Positions 13,129 to 25,836 of a stretch of 63,936 bases of DNA are shown here, piece after piece; positions within the stretch are counted from its first letter, which is position 1, and each line of letters starts with the position of its first letter. The notes below the pieces were generated by a model. That model did not search any database and had not been told where the DNA came from. It saw nothing but the letters and a program-made list of their open reading frames with translations. The position numbers and the translations under genes were made by a program. The DNA is from Octopus bimaculoides (taxonomy: Eukaryota): the NCBI RefSeq assembly GCF_001194135.2, contig NC_069006.1:25409096-25473031 (forward strand), in the 5' to 3' direction.

Positions 13129-13601
13129 GCCAAAGGTCTAATGCCAAAGATCTCTTTCAATGAAATCCAGTTAGAGAGGTTACACAACTTTGGCAGTCAT
13201 TGTAGAACAACAGCAGACCCCCCCCCCTCCTGAGCAAAACAGGAAAGAAAAGGACGCTAATCCTCTTTGCAACTTTACACAGATTAATTCTATTATTACC
13301 GTATTTCCATTTGTCAAATCTATCTGCAAGATAAACAATATTTGAAGGTTTAATGCTGAAATCAGTTGCCAAAGGAAGATTCCATAAATTTGATCCCATC
13401 GTTAAATATTTCAAAAGGGCATATTCAATATTTCATGTGTGTGGCTGTGTGCTAAGAAGCTTCTCATGGGTTCAGTCTCATTGTATGGCACCTTGCGCAA
13501 GTGTCTCTTTTTATAGCCTCAGGATGATGATGATGATGATGTATATATATATATACACACACAGAAATGCATATACACACACATATGTATACACACATAT
13601 G

Positions 13602-14043
13602 TGGGCTGTGTGGTAAGTAGCTTGCTTTCCAGCCACATGATTCCAGGTTCAGTCCCACTGCATGGCACCTTGGGCAAGTGTCTTCTACTATAGCCTCAGG
13701 CCTACAAAAGCCTTGTGAGTGGATTTGGCAGACGGAATCTGTAAGAATCCTGTTGCGTGTGTGTGTGTGTTTGTATATATGAATATATGTATTGATATAT
13801 GTACATGTATGTGTGTGTAAGTATATCTTTGTGTCTGTATTTGTCCCCCACCACCACTCGACAACTGGTGTTGGTGTGTTTACATCCCCATAACTTGGCA
13901 GTTCAGCAAAATAGACTGATAAAGCAAGCGCCAGGCTTAAAAAACAAATAAGAACTGGCACTGATTCATTCGCCTGAAAATTCTTCAATGCAGTGCTCCA
14001 GCATGACCACTGTCTAATGCCAAAAACAAGTAAAAAATAAAAG
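13602..14043 (+). mobile_element. SINE family A, full length with internal (TG/TA) microsatellite
   Basis: A-box-like ggctgtgtggtaag, B-box-like ggttcagtcc, ccttgggcaagt, internal microsatellite, tail gtgctccagcatg…aaacaagtaaaa. A head fragment also lies at 13441-13522. Confidence 0.9.
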
Positions 14044-14354
14044 ATATATACACACATATACATAAAGCTGTATAATACACACATACATACACAAAATACA
14101 TATGTATATANNNNNNNNNNNNNNNNNNNNNNNNNNNNNNNNNNNNNNNNNNNNNNNNNNNNNNNNNNNNNNNNNNNNNNNNNNNNNNNNNNNNNNNNNN
14201 NNNNNNNNNNNNNNNNNNNNNNNNNNNNNNNNNNNNNNNNNNNNNNNNNNNNNNNNNNNNNNNNNNNNNNNNNNNNNNNNNNNNNNNNNNNNNNNNNNNN
14301 NNNNNNNNNNNNNNNNNNNNNNNNNNNNNNNNNNNNNNNNNNNNNNNNNNNNNN

Positions 14355-14697
14355 GGTTCAGTCCCACTGCGTGGCATCTTGGGCAAGTGTCTTCTACTAT
14401 AGCCTCGGGCCGACCAAAGCCTTGTGAGTGGATTTGGTAGATGGAAACTGAAAGAAGCCCATCGTATATATGTATGTGTGTGTGTGTTTGTGTGTCTGTG
14501 TTTGTCCCCCCAACATCGCTTGACAACCGATGCTGGTGTGTTTACGTCCCCGTAACTTAGCGGTTTGGCAAACGAGATCGATAGAATAAGTACTAGGCTT
14601 ACAAAGAATAAGTCCTGGGGTCGATTTGCTTGACTAAAGGCGGTGCTCCAGCATGGCCGCAGTCAAATGACTGAAACCAGTAAAAAAAGAGTAAAAG
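14355..14697 (+). mobile_element. SINE family A, near-consensus (5' cut by gap)
   Basis: Least diverged copy in the window; CpGs retained. Confidence 0.92.
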
Positions 14698-15089
14698 AAT
14701 ATATATATACTCACACATAAATACACACACACAAACACATGCATGTACACGTACACACATATATGTATATCTCTATATTCACACGCAAACCCTTTAGTTC
14801 AATTGCCATTAAGGGCTTCTGTTTTTTTACCCCATAAGAGGTACTTTTAGAGGAGACAGCTGCTGCCTTCTCTCTTTTCTATGACTCATATCCCATCATG
14901 CACCACTCATCACCTCGGACCCTTTTATCAGATCTTCTCATCAATGGAATATTTTTACAAGATACCTTTTTTTTTTCCTTTCTTCAAAATAAAAATATAT
15001 TAAACATAAATTTCTCTTCACATTAACAAAACATTATGCATATTTACATACATATACATATATATGTGTATGTGTGTATATATTACATC

Positions 15090-15142
<53 letters not shown>

Positions 15143-16058
15143 GTATCTATAAATTATATAAATATGAGTGCTTGTGTACATAATATAAATAAATATGAAT
15201 GTGCTTATTGTAAGCGTGAGTGTATGTGTGTCTGTGTGCATGTGTGAGTGTGTGTGTGTGTGTGTGAAATACATAGCATTTCAAAAACTATTACATCACT
15301 TCCCCACCATCACCGATTTCTTCAAGCATTAAACCTCCAATGCCACCACATCCCCACCAACAACAAAATTCCAAACCTTTTGTGCAATTTTAGCAAAGAG
15401 AAAGAAAGGGGGAAAGGGAGACAACCCCCTCTGCTGTTCCCTTCATTTTTTAAACCATTTCTTTTTGTTGTTCAATAGAAACATTTTAAACTCCATCTTG
15501 TATTCCTGTATCTTCTTCCATTCTTTTACCAGACGTCTTTAATGATTTCTCACCAAGTATTTCAATATTTTGATTATTTCTGGAGCAAAACTATTTCCCT
15601 CTTCCATTTCCGATGGAATATCTTTAATGCCAGGTTTTCTTATGAGTCTCAAACAAATAAAAGAATTGCTCCCTTCCCCTGTCATGAAGCTAATATTATT
15701 TTTATTTTTTCCTTTCCATATTTCTTCTGACTTTTGTGTTCCTGTTTTTTTATATCATTATTTTATTTCAAAGGATTTCTGTTAAATATTCAATTATCGT
15801 TAGTAGTTTACCCAGCATCGTTAACAAAATATATCCTTTATTCCTATTAAAGTTTTTTCATCAGAAGCAATGCTGGAATCAGGCAACGTTTTGTGGGTTA
15901 AATGGCTGGCACTGGAACTGTGGCAGATTAAAGATTTTGCTCTGAAAAACACTGATTTTAGCGCCACTGGCTATATATGGCTGTGTTTCTGTGTGTATAT
16001 ATATATGAGTGTATGTATGCGTATATATGGGTTTGAGCATGTGTATGTATTTATATTA

Positions 16059-16106
<48 letters not shown>

Positions 16107-16108
<2 letters not shown>

Positions 16109-16502
16109 TCTTTACTCTTTTATTTGTTTCAGTCATTTGACTGCGGCCATGCTGGAGCACGGCCTGTAGTCAAACAAACCGACCCCAGGACTTATTCTCT
16201 GTAATCTTAGTACTTATTCTATTGGCCTCTATTGCCGAACCACTAAGTTACAGGGACATAAACACACCAACATTGGTTGTCAAGCAATGGTGGGGGGGAC
16301 AAACACAGACACACAAATACATACATACAAACAAACACACATATATATATGTATATATATGTATGAGGGGCTTCTCTCAGTTTCCATCTAACAAATCCAT
16401 TCATAAGGCTTTGACTGGCCTAAGACTATAGCAGAAGACACTTGCCCAAGATGCCACACAGTGGGACCGAACCTGGAACCATGTGGTTGGGAAGCAAGCT
16501 TC
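16107..16502 (-). mobile_element. SINE family A, full length
   Basis: Complete reverse complement of the head-to-tail consensus. Confidence 0.92.
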
Positions 16503-16544
16503 TTGTGTGTGTGTGTGTACTGGGGTGGCCAAGTATCTCCTATC

Positions 16545-16838
16545 ATAGTAAGACACCTATCTCTGTCGCTCTGTTATACTCTCACCTGGCTCACAGCCAC
16601 CCACCTCGTTTCCACTCCCTCTCTCACCTGAGAGATCTTTGTCTTGCAAGGTACTTGGTAACTCCACTGGTGCCACATAAAAAGCACACAGTCTACTCCT
16701 TAAATTGGTTGGCATTAGGAAAGGCATCCAGCCATACAAATGGAACCTGGTGCAGCTCTCCAGCCTTGCCATCCTCTGGTGAAACCATGCCACCCATGCC
16801 AGCATGGAAAATGAACGTTAAATGATGATGACGATGAT
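16545..16838 (+). mobile_element. Family D
   Basis: ggaaaggcatccagcc…ccagcatggaaaatgaacgttaaatgatgatg. Confidence 0.8.
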
Positions 16839-17486
16839 GATGTGTGCATGTGAGCATGTGTGTGTGTGTGTGTGTCTTTCGACACCTTCTCCTACCCTCG
16901 AGAGACGTAAAGACAATGATATGAGTTTTAAGACCTGAAGTAGTCGTGTCTAAGTCGCCCGTTAATGTAACGAACATTCCAGCAACTAATTAGTGGGCGT
17001 TATTGATGACTGACACAACAAATATTAAGACATTGTAGGATTGAGGTTAAGCGTGGGAGTAGGGAAGCCGGGGGGGGGCAGTTACATTCATTTATTAGTC
17101 TTTATTCATCTCTATCATTAAACACCATCAACCATTTTGCAACATCACTTTCCAATTAATGCCTTTATCTGTCTGTTTGTCTAAGGCTATCCATATCTTT
17201 ATGTCTATAGGTCTGTATGTCAGTCACTGTATGTCCGCCTAACCCTGTAGGTCTGTTTTTCTCTCTCTCTCAGTATGTCTATCTGGCTGTGTGTCTATCT
17301 ATCTATCTCTCTATCTTTTCATCTATCTATATTTATTGATCTTTCTGTCTTCCTACCTATATATCTATCCATACCACAGTCTCTCTCTCTCTCTCTCAAA
17401 CAATAATTCTCTCTTTCTATATTCTCCTTCTCTGAAGCTATCTTTGTTTACAACTCCCTGTCTCTCTGTCTCTCCTTCTCTATCTA

Positions 17487-17523
<37 letters not shown>

Positions 17524-17829
17524 GTATGTCCCTACGTTAATGTCTATCCATCAATCAGTTAAATATCCATTAATAACCCATAATTAAATCACTTCAATCT
17601 CTGACAAGCAAATCATTGATTACCAATTGATTGATTATCAACAAACTTCTAATTTTCAAATCTTCTATCCATCTTGACAACTTCGTCATTGTCTTTCCTA
17701 CCATGGCTGTCACCATTGACCTCCTTATTCTTCTTGTCTCCTCCTTGCCATTCTCATCATCATTATTGTCGTCGTCATCGTCATCATCGTCGTCATCACT
17801 CTTGTTGTTCATCGCAAACTTCACACAAC

Positions 17830-17998
17830 CACCTTATATGTCTGTTTTCCATATTGGCATCGGTTGGACAGTTTGACAAGAACTGGTAAGGCCAGAGGCA
17901 GCACCAGGTTCCATTGGTCTGTTTTGGAATGGTTTTCCTAACAGCAATGACTAGACAGTGTGTTCTGGATGCTTGTAACATGGTACCATCAGCAGAGT
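17830..17998 (-). mobile_element. Family D, diverged
   Basis: tgtctgttttccatattggcatcggttggacagtttgac matches the D tail reverse complement. Confidence 0.65.
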
Positions 17999-17999
17999 G

Positions 18000-18356
18000 A
18001 AGGCGCATGGTGCAGTGCTTAGAGCATCGGACTCACAACCATGAGGTAGTGAGTTCAATTTCCAGACTGAGCTATGTGTAGTATTCTTGAGCAAGACACT
18101 TTATTTCACATGGCTCCAGTTCACTCATCTGTAGAAATGAGTTGTGATGTCACTGGTGCCAAGCTGTATCAACCCCCTTTGCTTTTCTCTTGGATAAAAT
18201 AAATGGTGTGAAGAAGGGGGAGGCTGGTAGGCATGGGTGACTGCTGGTCTTCCATAAAACAACCTTGCTTGGACCGGACTTGTGCCTGGGAGGGGAACTT
18301 TCTAGGTGCAATCCCATGGTCATTAAATGATTGAAGGGGGTCTTTACCCTTTATCC
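18000..18356 (+). mobile_element. tRNA-derived CORE-SINE (family C)
   Basis: Head ggcgcatggtgcagtgcttagag…gagttcaatt, followed by ttcttgagcaagacacttt…cagttcactcatctgtagaaatg, which aligns to the MIR/CORE consensus ccttgggcaagtcactt…cagtttcctcatctgtaaaatg. Confidence 0.75.
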
Positions 18357-18479
18357 TATCACCATATAGGGAACCATCATCAATGATGTCTCTAAATAAC
18401 CAATTATTGGCGCTGTGATTTTAGAAATGGTTTCTGAACCTCAGAGGCACAGAATTTCTGAAATTAATTCCATCATCAA

Positions 18480-18481
18480 CA

Positions 18482-18536
<55 letters not shown>

Positions 18537-18812
18537 TGGTAACAATTTTAGAACATCTGTCTATGGGAATGCGTGTGTGTTGTGTGCCTGAATTGTGTTC
18601 AGCATCTCTTTTCACCTGTAGGTCAACACTATCTTCAATACAGCTGTTTGTCTGAACATAAGCTTTAAATACATTAAAAATTACATACATAAATATATAT
18701 ATATGTATGTACATATATATATATATAAATATATATATATGTATGTACATATATATATATAAATATATATATATGTTTATCTATGTATGTATCTCTCTCT
18801 CTCTCTCTCTCT

Positions 18813-18858
<46 letters not shown>

Positions 18859-19140
18859 GTATGTATGTATGTATGTATATATATATATGTATGCATGTAT
18901 GTATATGCATATATATATATGTATGCATGTATGTATATATATATATATAATTATGCATGTATGTATATATATTTATGTATGTGTATATATTATTTATGTA
19001 TGTAAGTATATTTATATATGTATGTAAGTATATATATACATATATATTTATGTGTGTGTGTATATATATGTGTGTGTGTGTGTATGTGTGTGTCCACATA
19101 TATGTATGTATGTATATTTACACATACATATACACACACG
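18480..19140. repeat. (CA)n and long (TA/TATG)n microsatellites
   Basis: Directly visible. Confidence 0.9.
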
Positions 19141-19337
19141 CTCACTTTTGTTTTTTATTGTTTTTTTTTATTCTTAATCTCTTCTGAATCAGTTTAAAAC
19201 ACAATTTTTTTTTCTATGGAAAATAAAATTATAATTCCAGTCTTTCAATTTGTATTTTTGCAAATTTGCCTTCAGACACTTTCCCAAGTCACCAAAGAGT
19301 AGCTACGACAACAACAATGACAACAACCATGACAATT

Positions 19338-19686
19338 GGTTTCAATTCTGGCACAAGGCCAGCAATTTTGGGGGAGGGTGTAAGTCAATTAAATGGACCC
19401 CAGTGCATGACTGGTACTTATTTTATTGAACCTGAAGGGATGAAAGACAAATTCGACCTCAGCAGGAATTGAACACAAAATGTAAAGATGGAAGATATGC
19501 CACAAAGCATTTTGGGATAGTCTATTACATCGACCCCAGTACACAACTGGTACTTGTTTAATTGACCCCGAGAGGATGAAAGGCAAAATCTACCTCGACG
19601 GGATTTGAACTCAGAACGTAACAGCAGACGAAATACTGCTAAGCATTTTGTTCAGTGTGCTAACCATTCTACCAGCTCCCTACCTT
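19338..19686 (-). mobile_element. SINE family B, two copies in tandem
   Basis: Two successive actggtactt…tgaaagg/acaaa…gacctc…ttgaac units; the second ends in the head taaccattctaccagctc. Confidence 0.85.
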
Positions 19687-19799
19687 ATTTAACAACAACA
19701 ACAATAATAATAATAATAATAACATTACCTTACGTTAATTTATGAGAGACAAGAGTTTGCCTAGAAACTCTGATAGTAACAGCAAAAATGAGGCTGGAC

Positions 19800-19965
19800 T
19801 GTTAACAAGTGCTCTTGCTCAGCAGTGTTTCAGAAGAGATGGAGACCGACCACAGCTGTTATCCTAAGACAGCATCAGTAGATAATAGAGTAAGGAGGAA
19901 GAAATGGACAGCCCCAGAAAACAGTGTTATTAGGGACAGCTAGGATACGCAGGAAGGTCACTTGT
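19800..19965 (+). mobile_element. R4/Dong-like (RLE) LINE C-terminal relic
   Basis: QKTVLLGTARIRRKV at 19915-19959 matches the QKxxLLGTARILRKVL terminus of R4-clade ORFs. Confidence 0.5.
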
Positions 19966-20959
19966 TATAGCCCAACGTTAGGAATTTTACTTTTTATAAC
20001 AGTCTAATCTGTTGAGTGTATATGAAATAATACAAAAAAGAAAACTGAATTTCAAAAAACTAAACTAAAATAAACTAAACAAAAGTTGTTTGATCTGATT
20101 AAACAAAAATAATCTAAAAAACAGAAAACTGAGAATGATTTTTAACAGAATCAAGTCTGAAGAATTTGGTAGAATTAACAGCAAAATGGAATGGTTTAAG
20201 ATGTCAATCAGATGGAAAGTTTCAAAAAAATTTTGGTTTTCTTTTTTTTTCTGTTTTGTTCCAAATTTTGATTGGTTTTTTTGACTGGAGACAATTGAAG
20301 AATTAGATAATAAGCTATTTTCGGTTTTACATTGCTATTCTTTGGTGCCATTCATGGCAATATAATTGTCATCAAGGTAGAGTTGATGTCATGGGGGNNN
20401 NNNNNNNNNNNNNNNNNNNNNNNNNNNNNNNNNNNNNNNNNNNNNNNNNNNNNNNNNNNNNNNNNNNNNNNNNNNNNNNNNNNNNNNNNNNNNNNNNNNN
20501 NNNNNNNNNNNNNNNNNNNNNNNNNNNNNNNNNNNNNNNNNNNNNNNNNNNNNNNNNNNNNNNNNNNNNNNNNNNNNNNNNNNNNNNNNNNNNNNNNNNN
20601 NNNNNNNNNNNNNNNNNNNNNNNNNNNNNNNNNNNNNNNNNNNNNNNNNNNNNNNNNNNNNNNNNNNNNNNNNNNNNNNNNNNNNNNNNNNNNNNNNNNN
20701 NNNNNNNNNNNNNNNNNNNNNNNNNNNNNNNNNNNNNNNNNNNNNNNNNNNNNNTATATATATCGCTTAGGCTAGTGATACTAATAACATGTTGTTAGAA
20801 CTCCATATACACATGTTTCAGAATGAATTGTCAGTCAACTATAGAACAGTAATAAGAAATTAAAATGACAACAGAATAAAATATTATGTCATAAACTTCA
20901 ATATATTACACCTGTTTCTGCTCATAGTGGAATGCTTAGATATCACTCTATAGTATCAT

Positions 20960-21300
20960 CAGAGCTTCAGTATAAACACACACATTTAACTATGAGCACA
21001 TTGCATCTTATAGCAGAAACAGTTGTAGGCTAATGATGTAATTTCTTATGCCCTTGTCATTTTAATTTCTCACACACACACGTGTCTTGACTGATGATTG
21101 CATGTAACAATACAGTCTTTCTTTATATCTTTAAGCATGTGAAATGGAAGCTGTCCATTGTCTTCTTTTCCATTTCTTTTTTCTTTTTTTTTTCCCCCAC
21201 TTTCCACTTTTCACATCCGTAGAGTAAATGGTTAAGGAGAACACTTGACAACAAGTGGCTGCAAAGAGTCCGAAATGACACAATTGAGACGACAACAAGC
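20960..21300 (-). mobile_element. RTE LINE relic
   Basis: LLYGCEKW…KTMDSFHFTCL resembles RTE LLYGCETW…KLDAFHxRCL. Confidence 0.45.
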
Positions 21301-21959
21301 ATCAACAGAATCAGTGATGGAAGAAAATACAGATGCTGGAAGTGGATCGGACATGTCCTCAGACAAGATCGTAAAAGCAGTTGAAGGATGGCACCAATGT
21401 GGAAGAAAAACAATTTATTTAGTTTGTTAGTTAGTCAGCCTTGGCAGAATTTGAACTTAAAATGGAAAGGGTGAAACGCCACAAAGCAGTGTGCTCATGA
21501 TTCTACCAATTCTACTTTGCATAATGGTTATTTTTGAGAAGAATGTGTGGCAAATTTTTTTTAAATAATGGTTATTGTTCAGATGTGAAACTTTGCTCGA
21601 CAGGGTTTCAGGTGGGCCTTTTTATGTGACCCCAGCCCAGCACCACTTCTTTTTATGTTGTACAAGCACCAGTGCCTTTTACATGGCACCAGCACCAGTG
21701 CCCTTCATGGGCGAGTATTAGCAAAGTTATTTTAGGTCATCAATTCTGTTCTGGAAGTACGAAGTAGTTTTTAGACACTGAATGGTTATGAGGGTCCTTC
21801 CACGGCAGTGGTGGTGGTGTTTGTGGTGGTGACGACTACAGCGGTGGTGGTGGTGGTGGTGGTTGTGGAAATGGTGAATAGGCAGTGGTCGATGTGGAGG
21901 CACAATGTAAACTAATTAAAGACAGAATCAATTAATGGATGACTCTGGCTGCCATTGAC

Positions 21960-22075
21960 AGAAATGGCTGAGAACCACTGGTGTAGATGGAGTTATGTTC
22001 CATACTGCAAAGCTGTGGTTGGTGACAGGAAGAGCATCCAGCCATTTAAGAAGACCAACGTCAAAAGCAAGGAAT
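21960..22075 (+). mobile_element. Family D fragment
   Basis: ggttggtgacaggaagagcatccagcc. Confidence 0.5.
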
Positions 22076-23163
22076 AAATAAAGCACATGTGGATTCCACA
22101 AGCAACCAAGATTGGTATTTTGGTTGTCTCTGCTGTGGCAGAGTGAGACACTCTGAGATGAAGATGGCCAGCACCAGTATGGGAGAACAAATAGAAGATG
22201 ATAATGATGATGATGATGGTAGTGGTGGTGGTGGTGGTGGTTGCAATGATGAAGGTGGTGGCAGTGGCAGTGACAGCAGCGGTGGTAGTGGTGGTAGCAG
22301 ACATCATCAGATGATGATGATTGTGACAGTGAGAAGAGTAAGGAAGAAGAGGAGGAGGTGAGTGTGATGTCAGTATGCAAGAAGATGAAGGGGAGGAGGG
22401 AGAAGTTGTGTTGGTGTGGGAGGAGGAGGTGATGTCCTGATTAGGGTGAACTTCTTTGGTAAGCAAGACCTTGTTGAGTCTAGGATAATTGGGTTTATGA
22501 AATTGGAAATATCTTGTAGTGGGCAGGTGGAGGTGGTGGTGGTGGAGATGTTGGAGATGGTGGTAGTAGTGGTAGTGAAGGTGATTGTGATGGTGGTGGA
22601 GGTAGTCATGGTGAAGGTGGTGATGTTGGAGATAGTGGTAGTGGTGGTAGTAATGGTGGTGGTTGTAGCAGTGGTAGTAGTAATGGTGGTGGTGGTGGTG
22701 TTTGCGGTGGTGGTGGTTGTGGTGGTAGCGACAATCATGATTGCCAAGATGGTTGGGGTGGTAGTAGTGATGGTTGCGGTTAGGGTGGTGGTAGTTGTGG
22801 TAATGACGACTATGGTGGTGGTGGTGGTGGTGGTTGTTGTTGTGGCAATGGTGGTATAGGCAGTGGTCGATGTGGAGGCACAGTGTAAACTAATTAAAGA
22901 CAGAATCAATTAATGGATGACTCTGGCTGCCATTGACACTAACTTAATAACCAGTCATTGATATATATGCACACGGCTATATATATACAAACACACACAC
23001 ACACACACACATATACATACATATACGTCTATATAATGTTTATTCATACACAGACCTATGTTTGCATGAGAGAGAGATATAGAGAAAGAGAGGGAGAAAG
23101 AGGGAGAGTGTGTGTGTGTGTGTGTGTGTATGCATTGTTTGTATGTATGTATGTATATATATA

Positions 23164-23197
<34 letters not shown>

Positions 23198-25085
23198 TTG
23201 CCTGTGTACTTCAATACAAAGATTGTTAAATATATTTATATACATGCACACACACATATACATACATGCATCCATATACGTACACACACATTTACACACA
23301 CACATATATAAATACAAACAGACATAAGCATAGATATATATATCTATATCTATATAGATATAGATATAGATATAGACACATTCAAACATATACACCTATA
23401 TACACATACAGACATAGNNNNNNNNNNTGTACTTCAATACAAAGATTGTTAAATATATTTATATACATGCACACACACACATATACATACATGCATCCAT
23501 ATACGTACACACACATTCACACACACACATATATAAATACAAACAGACATAAGCATAGATATCTATATCTATATCTATATAGATATAGATATAGATATAG
23601 ACACATTCAAACATATACACCTATATACACATACAGACATAGGCATATATATATATATACACATATATATATATATATACACACACACACCCCTATACCC
23701 ACTCTCCGCCCCCACAGAGCTATGTATGCTGAAGATGGTATGGTAAGGACAAGAGTAGGAAGAACTGGATGTTAAAGTCTTGCTGTAATAATTTGTAAAA
23801 CAGACACATCAGCTGGAGGAGACATAATTATAACCACCACCACCACCACCGCTGCTGCTACTACTACCACTACTACTACTACTTGCTCACCACCAGTCTC
23901 CACCACCACCACTCACTGGCATAGTCTCTGTTAACAAAGATACCATCATGTTTAACAGACAACGCTATCAGCAGCACCACCACCGCCGCCACCATCGCTA
24001 CTACCACTGCCACAACCACCACCACCATCACCAGTCATCATCATTATCGGTCTCATCACTGCCACCATTACCTCCCTCGTCTCCCCTGCTACCAACGTCG
24101 TCATCATCATCATCATCATCATCATTGCTATCATCATCATCATCATTGCTATCATCATCATCATCATCATCGTCCTTATCATCCATCTCACCACCACCAC
24201 CACCATTATCAACATCTCCAACACCATCATCATAATCATCAGTTTCCCCACCACCGCCATCACAAATTCCACTACCACCACTATCATCGTTATCATCATC
24301 ATCATCATCACCACCATCGTCGTCATCATCATTATCATTGTCATCACCACCACCACTACCGCCCTTACTGTCACCCCCACCAACATCCGTATTGTTGACT
24401 GTACCATCATGTTTAACAGACGACACCACCACCACCACCACCACCGTCTCCATCTCCATTATCATTATAATTATTATTTCTGTCATTACACTAATAATTA
24501 TCTGATGCACACATTATCAGGGCTTGAAGAAGAACTGCCATCATCTTTGCCATCAGCAGCAGCCATACCACCACTACCACCACCGGCATCGTCGCCACCA
24601 TCACTGTGACCACTACCACCACCTTCCTCCTCCTCCTCATGATCACAACCACCATCATTAAGATCAGCACAATTATTACCACCACCACCAGCAGCATCAC
24701 TGCCATCACTGTGACCACTACCACCNNNNNNNNNNNNNNNNNNNNNNNNNNNNNNNNNNNNNNNNNNNNNNNNNNNNNNNNNNNNNNNNNNNNNNNNNNN
24801 NNNNNNNNNNNNNNNNNNNNNNNNNNNNNNNNNNNNNNNNNNNNNNNNNNNNNNNNNNNNNNNNNNNNNNNNNNNNNNNNNNNNNNNNNNNNNNNNNNNN
24901 NNNNNNNNNNNNNNNNNNNNNNNNNNNNNNNNNNNNNNNNNNNNNNNNNNNNNNNNNNNNNNNNNNNNNNNNNNNNNNNNNNNNNNNNNNNNNNNNNNNN
25001 NNNNNNNNNNNNNNNNNNNNNNNNNNNNNNNNNNNNNNCCAGCCAACATCACTTATCTTGCTATCTGACCACCACCACCACCACC

Positions 25086-25117
<32 letters not shown>

Positions 25118-25164
25118 CAACAACAACCACCACCACCACAGTTGAGCTTGTATGTGGTCACTGT

Positions 25165-25345
25165 ACATGCTAGAAATAACAACAGAAACCTCTCTCAGCT
25201 TTCTGAAATGAAACTGGCTAAGAATACGTTGTATGATGTAGTGCTAGATGTACAAATAGCCGGAATTCAGATGGGACTGTCATAGCTGGAGAGCCTTTTT
25301 ATTGTCAATCTGCTCAGTCAGGGCTGACCTGGGACTAAACAGTCA
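25165..25345 (-). mobile_element. Family H fragment
   Basis: gctagaaataacaac…atctgctcagtcagggctgacc is the reverse complement of the 745-950 motifs. Confidence 0.45.
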
Positions 25346-25435
25346 AACAAGTTCTACCTGCTCCCCCCACAACCACCCCCACCACAGAAAAACCCAAAGT
25401 ATAAGGCCTGTGTTATTCTTATATGTATGTGTGTA

Positions 25436-25490
<55 letters not shown>

Positions 25491-25498
25491 TTGCCATC

Positions 25499-25836
25499 AT
25501 GGCTGTGTGGTAAGAAGCTTGCTTCCCAACCACATGGTTCCAGGTTCAGTCCCACTGCATGGCACCTTAAGCAAGTGTCTTCTACTCTAGCCTCGGGCTG
25601 ACCAAAGCCATGTGAATGGATTTGGTAGACAAAAACTGAAAGAAGCCCATCGTATATATATATATATATATATATATAGATATATGTATGTATGTATGTG
25701 TGTGTATATGTTTGTGTGTCTGTGTTTGTCCGCTACCATCGCTTGACAACCGATGTTGGTGTGTTTACGTCCCTTTAACCTAGCAGTTCAGCAAAAGAAA
25801 CCAATAGAATAAGTATTAGGCTTGCAAGGAATAAGT
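25499..25836 (+). mobile_element. SINE family A (3' truncated)
   Basis: Head, body and internal (TA)n all match the consensus. Confidence 0.9.

Noticed and set aside
13157-13414. ORF with LRRGGGLLLFY resembling a LINE endonuclease motif
   Set aside because: Single short motif, partly produced by a C homopolymer.
23205-23645. ~215-bp tandem duplication either side of a 10-N gap
   Set aside because: Typical overlapping-contig scaffolding artefact; cannot be treated as a real duplication without reads.
23718-23742. 25-nt plus-strand microexon-like signal (cccacag|…ATG|gtaagg)
   Set aside because: Such AG/GT pairs are expected by chance in 64 kb; no other support.
21928-25182. Long ORFs rich in T, V, H, D, G and M
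   Set aside because: Open in several frames on both strands because they are trinucleotide repeats; no domain signal.
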